A DNA stretch of 28,992 bases from NCBI GenBank assembly GCA_038042445.1, contig JBBTED010000102.1:1-28992 (forward strand), written 5' to 3'. Origin of the DNA: Candidatus Firestoneibacteriota bacterium (lineage in GTDB: Bacteria > Oederibacteriota > D2-FULL-39-29 > JBBTED01). Below, one piece after another: positions 27,003 to 28,992 of the stretch. The notes below the pieces were generated by a model that did not search any database, was not told the DNA's origin, and was given only the letters and a program-made list of their open reading frames with translations. A program made the position numbers and the translations under genes. The stretch's first letter is position 1; every line of letters starts with the position of its first letter.

Positions 27003-27875
27003 TTAGTTTAATATTGAAATGAATTTTTCTCTATACTGAGTTGGAGTTGTTCCTGAAACTTTTTTAAATATTCGGTAGAAATAATAAGGACTTTTATACC
27101 CAACCTCTGAAGCAACAGCTGAAATTTTAAGTTTAAGGTTGTTTAATAAATTTTTTGCTGTATCTATCTTAACTTTTGTCAGATATTCTATTGGCGAATA
27201 TCCTGTCTGGTTTTTAAAAAATGAAGCAAGATAAGATGGCGATAAGTGAAATTCATCCGCAATTTCTAAAATCCCAATATCCTGATTGTAATTATTTTGA
27301 ATATATTTGTAGATTTTTTCAATCAGACTTTGTTTATTTATTTTACTTAATATCTTTACTGAAGAACAGGATTTATCTTTTAAATATAAAAAGCGATACA
27401 TTTCAACTATTAAATTTGTTAAATGCGATTTTATTTTTAATATATATCCAGGTCTTCTTAAAATCACTTCATCAAACATATTCTGAAAAATATAACATAT
27501 ATTTTTTTCTGGAGTAATATGAATGTATACAGGTAAAGGGAAAATTTTATCTAATCTAAATTCCTTATTGTCTTTTAATATTTTTATGGTGATGAAAATT
27601 AGCTCATAAGGATCATTTGGATTGTATGTCTCATAATGTTTTTGGTTGGGCTTTGCAATAAAGATATCTCCTGCTTTCATATTAAATTTCTTACCATTTA
27701 TATGGTAGGTGCCTTTACCTTTTAATACAAAGCAAAATTCATAAGTTTTATGGGAATGCGATATTTTTGTCCATTTATCTTCTTTTCTTGCAAAATGAAT
27801 ATGTGCTAATTCCATGTTTACATTAGAAAATTTTTCTTTAAATTTATCAGGCTCAAATTTCCATATATCTGGCAT
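27003..27875 (-). CDS. AraC-family regulator (cupin + double HTH)
   Basis: HSHKTYEFCFVLKGKG cupin; LSPSYLASFFKNQTG, VGYKSPYYFYRIFKKVSGTTPTQYR. Confidence 0.93.
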   Translation of the reverse strand: MPDIWKFEPDKFKEKFSNVNMELAHIHFARKEDKWTKISHSHKTYEFCFVLKGKGTYHINGKKFNMKAGDIFIAKPNQKHYETYNPNDPYELIFITIKILKDNKEFRLDKIFPLPVYIHITPEKNICYIFQNMFDEVILRRPGYILKIKSHLTNLIVEMYRFLYLKDKSCSSVKILSKINKQSLIEKIYKYIQNNYNQDIGILEIADEFHLSPSYLASFFKNQTGYSPIEYLTKVKIDTAKNLLNNLKLKISAVASEVGYKSPYYFYRIFKKVSGTTPTQYREKFISILN

Positions 27876-27883
27876 TGAATAAA

Positions 27884-27960
27884 ATTATATCATATATTTA
27901 AAAAAGTGCATACAAAAAGTAGGATTGTCCATTGACACTTTTGTATTTATTGCATATATT
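27884..27960. promoter_or_regulatory. Divergent promoters: extended -10 for araC (- strand) and -35/-10 on the + strand
   Basis: Minus strand TGnTATAAT at 27892..27884; plus strand TTGACA (27932..27937), 17 bp, TATATT (27955..27960). Confidence 0.6.
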
Positions 27961-28004
27961 TAAAGAAACAGAAGAAAGACATCAGATAATTCAGGGAGAT
28001 TAAA

Positions 28005-28085
28005 ATGTCTACTATACAAGGTAAAATATTTTTAGCAATATGTGTTATATATATTTTTAGAATGGCTAATCTGTTACGGTTTTAG
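28005..28085 (+). pseudogene. 26-codon ORF resembling a signal-peptide remnant
   Basis: AGGGAG RBS; MSTIQGKIFLAICVIYIFRMANLLRF*; first ORF after the + strand promoter. Confidence 0.35.
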
Positions 28086-28143
28086 AGTCTGCGAAAAAAT
28101 CCGCATAGTCGGGCGACTACAAAGACATAAAGAGGAGGATGAA

Positions 28144-28857
28144 ATGGTAAAGAAATTAATAGTAATTGGGCTTTTAGTTTTTGCAGGAATATATTCTGAA
28201 GCTTTTGGAGAAGTTCTCCAAGATGATTTCAGAAAAGCCAGTATAACTGATGTAGGTAGAATTGAGATAGAATACAAAGGCGTAAATGTAATTGCTAAAA
28301 ATTTAGACTGGTATAACATAACCTCATGGGACAACAAACAGAGGTTTATTTGGATGGAAAAAAATAAAACAGATGTTTCAATTACAAAGGAAAAAAATAC
28401 AATAAAAGCTGTAATAACTAATAACAAGAAAGAAGATATAGATTTTATATGGACAAAGATTCTTACTATGACTGACAAAGATATTATAATTGACTTTGTA
28501 ATAAGAATAGAACCTGGAACATCAAATGCTTACTTGGTTACTGACAGTTTTTATTTGTCCAATGATATTATAGAAAATAGTACTTATGAAGCAGAAACAG
28601 TTGCAGGGAATAAAGAAACTGGAGAATTATTGCCTAAACAAGGCGAGTATATTCCAAGAATGACATTTCTAAAAATCAATTCTTCTGTTGGTAAAATATT
28701 ATTCCAATTTGAAGGATTGGAAGGAGATGATTTTTGGAGGTTAATGGGACGGTCCTCTGATTCATGGGCACCTTCACGTGTTGAATGTGGTTTTTATGGA
28801 AAATGTGATAACAAAATTGTCTATGAAAGACATTTACGGATCATCATATCTTTTTAA
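28144..28857 (+). CDS. Secreted hypothetical protein (beta-rich)
   Basis: GAGGAGG RBS then ATG 28144; signal peptide MVKKLIVIGLLVFAGIYSEAFG; no family recognised. Confidence 0.75.
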   Translation: MVKKLIVIGLLVFAGIYSEAFGEVLQDDFRKASITDVGRIEIEYKGVNVIAKNLDWYNITSWDNKQRFIWMEKNKTDVSITKEKNTIKAVITNNKKEDIDFIWTKILTMTDKDIIIDFVIRIEPGTSNAYLVTDSFYLSNDIIENSTYEAETVAGNKETGELLPKQGEYIPRMTFLKINSSVGKILFQFEGLEGDDFWRLMGRSSDSWAPSRVECGFYGKCDNKIVYERHLRIIISF

Positions 28858-28941
28858 CCAGTAAAATTAAGCAGTATAATAGTAATGTAGGTAATTATTG
28901 GATGTTTCTTTTTTAACAGCATCAAAGGATAAGGGGGAACT

Positions 28942-28992
28942 ATGATATATATGGGAATTACTTTTACGGCAAATATGAGATTTGGATATTTG
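28942..28992 (+). CDS. 5' start of a gene cut by the window edge
   Basis: AAGGGGG RBS then ATG; open to the end (MIYMGITFTANMRFGYL). Confidence 0.5.
   Translation, partial: MIYMGITFTANMRFGYL

Noticed and set aside
28042..28143. GTG-start extension of the secreted protein
   Set aside because: The RBS and signal peptide indicate ATG 28144.
2871..28478. Many short antisense or alternate-frame ORFs (e.g. 2871..3287, 5304..5624, 7926..8162, 25211..25636, 27221..27517, 28074..28478)
   Set aside because: They are shadows of well-supported genes with no recognisable motifs.
28942..28992. Possible GH57-like N-terminus
   Set aside because: Only 17 codons are visible and the similarity is too weak to call.

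Overview
AT-rich bacterial chromosomal segment, nearly all on the + strand. It starts with the distal complex I genes nuoL, nuoM and nuoN; an MNT-HEPN toxin-antitoxin pair and a secreted transglutaminase-like gene sit between nuoL and nuoM. Next come a frameshifted CsgG/FlgT-like gene, a TPR protein, an ilvE-mcsA-mcsB-clpC operon, a single-domain response regulator with a PocR-GAF-GAF histidine kinase, and an EndoQ-family nuclease ending in a beta-clamp-type motif. These are followed by a TPR / cNMP-binding / B-box-GspG-like trio, a Tat-exported Fe-S aldo-keto reductase, a GntR-LacI regulator with a fucose-isomerase-like gene and a truncated rhamnulokinase, an AraC regulator and a secreted protein. 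The most striking signal is non-coding: most longer intergenic gaps carry short palindromic elements from several families (GTAG-tagged REPs with an invariant TTTA loop, GTCAT...ATGAC elements, ATAG-tagged hairpins, purine-rich CCCCTCTT/AAGAGGGG elements, TIR-bounded MITEs). They nest inside one another, amplify in tandem, enter NuoL in frame, supply a stop codon and sit at a gene-truncation breakpoint. No cognate transposase is visible in the window. All calls were made by eye from sequence motifs, without database searches.
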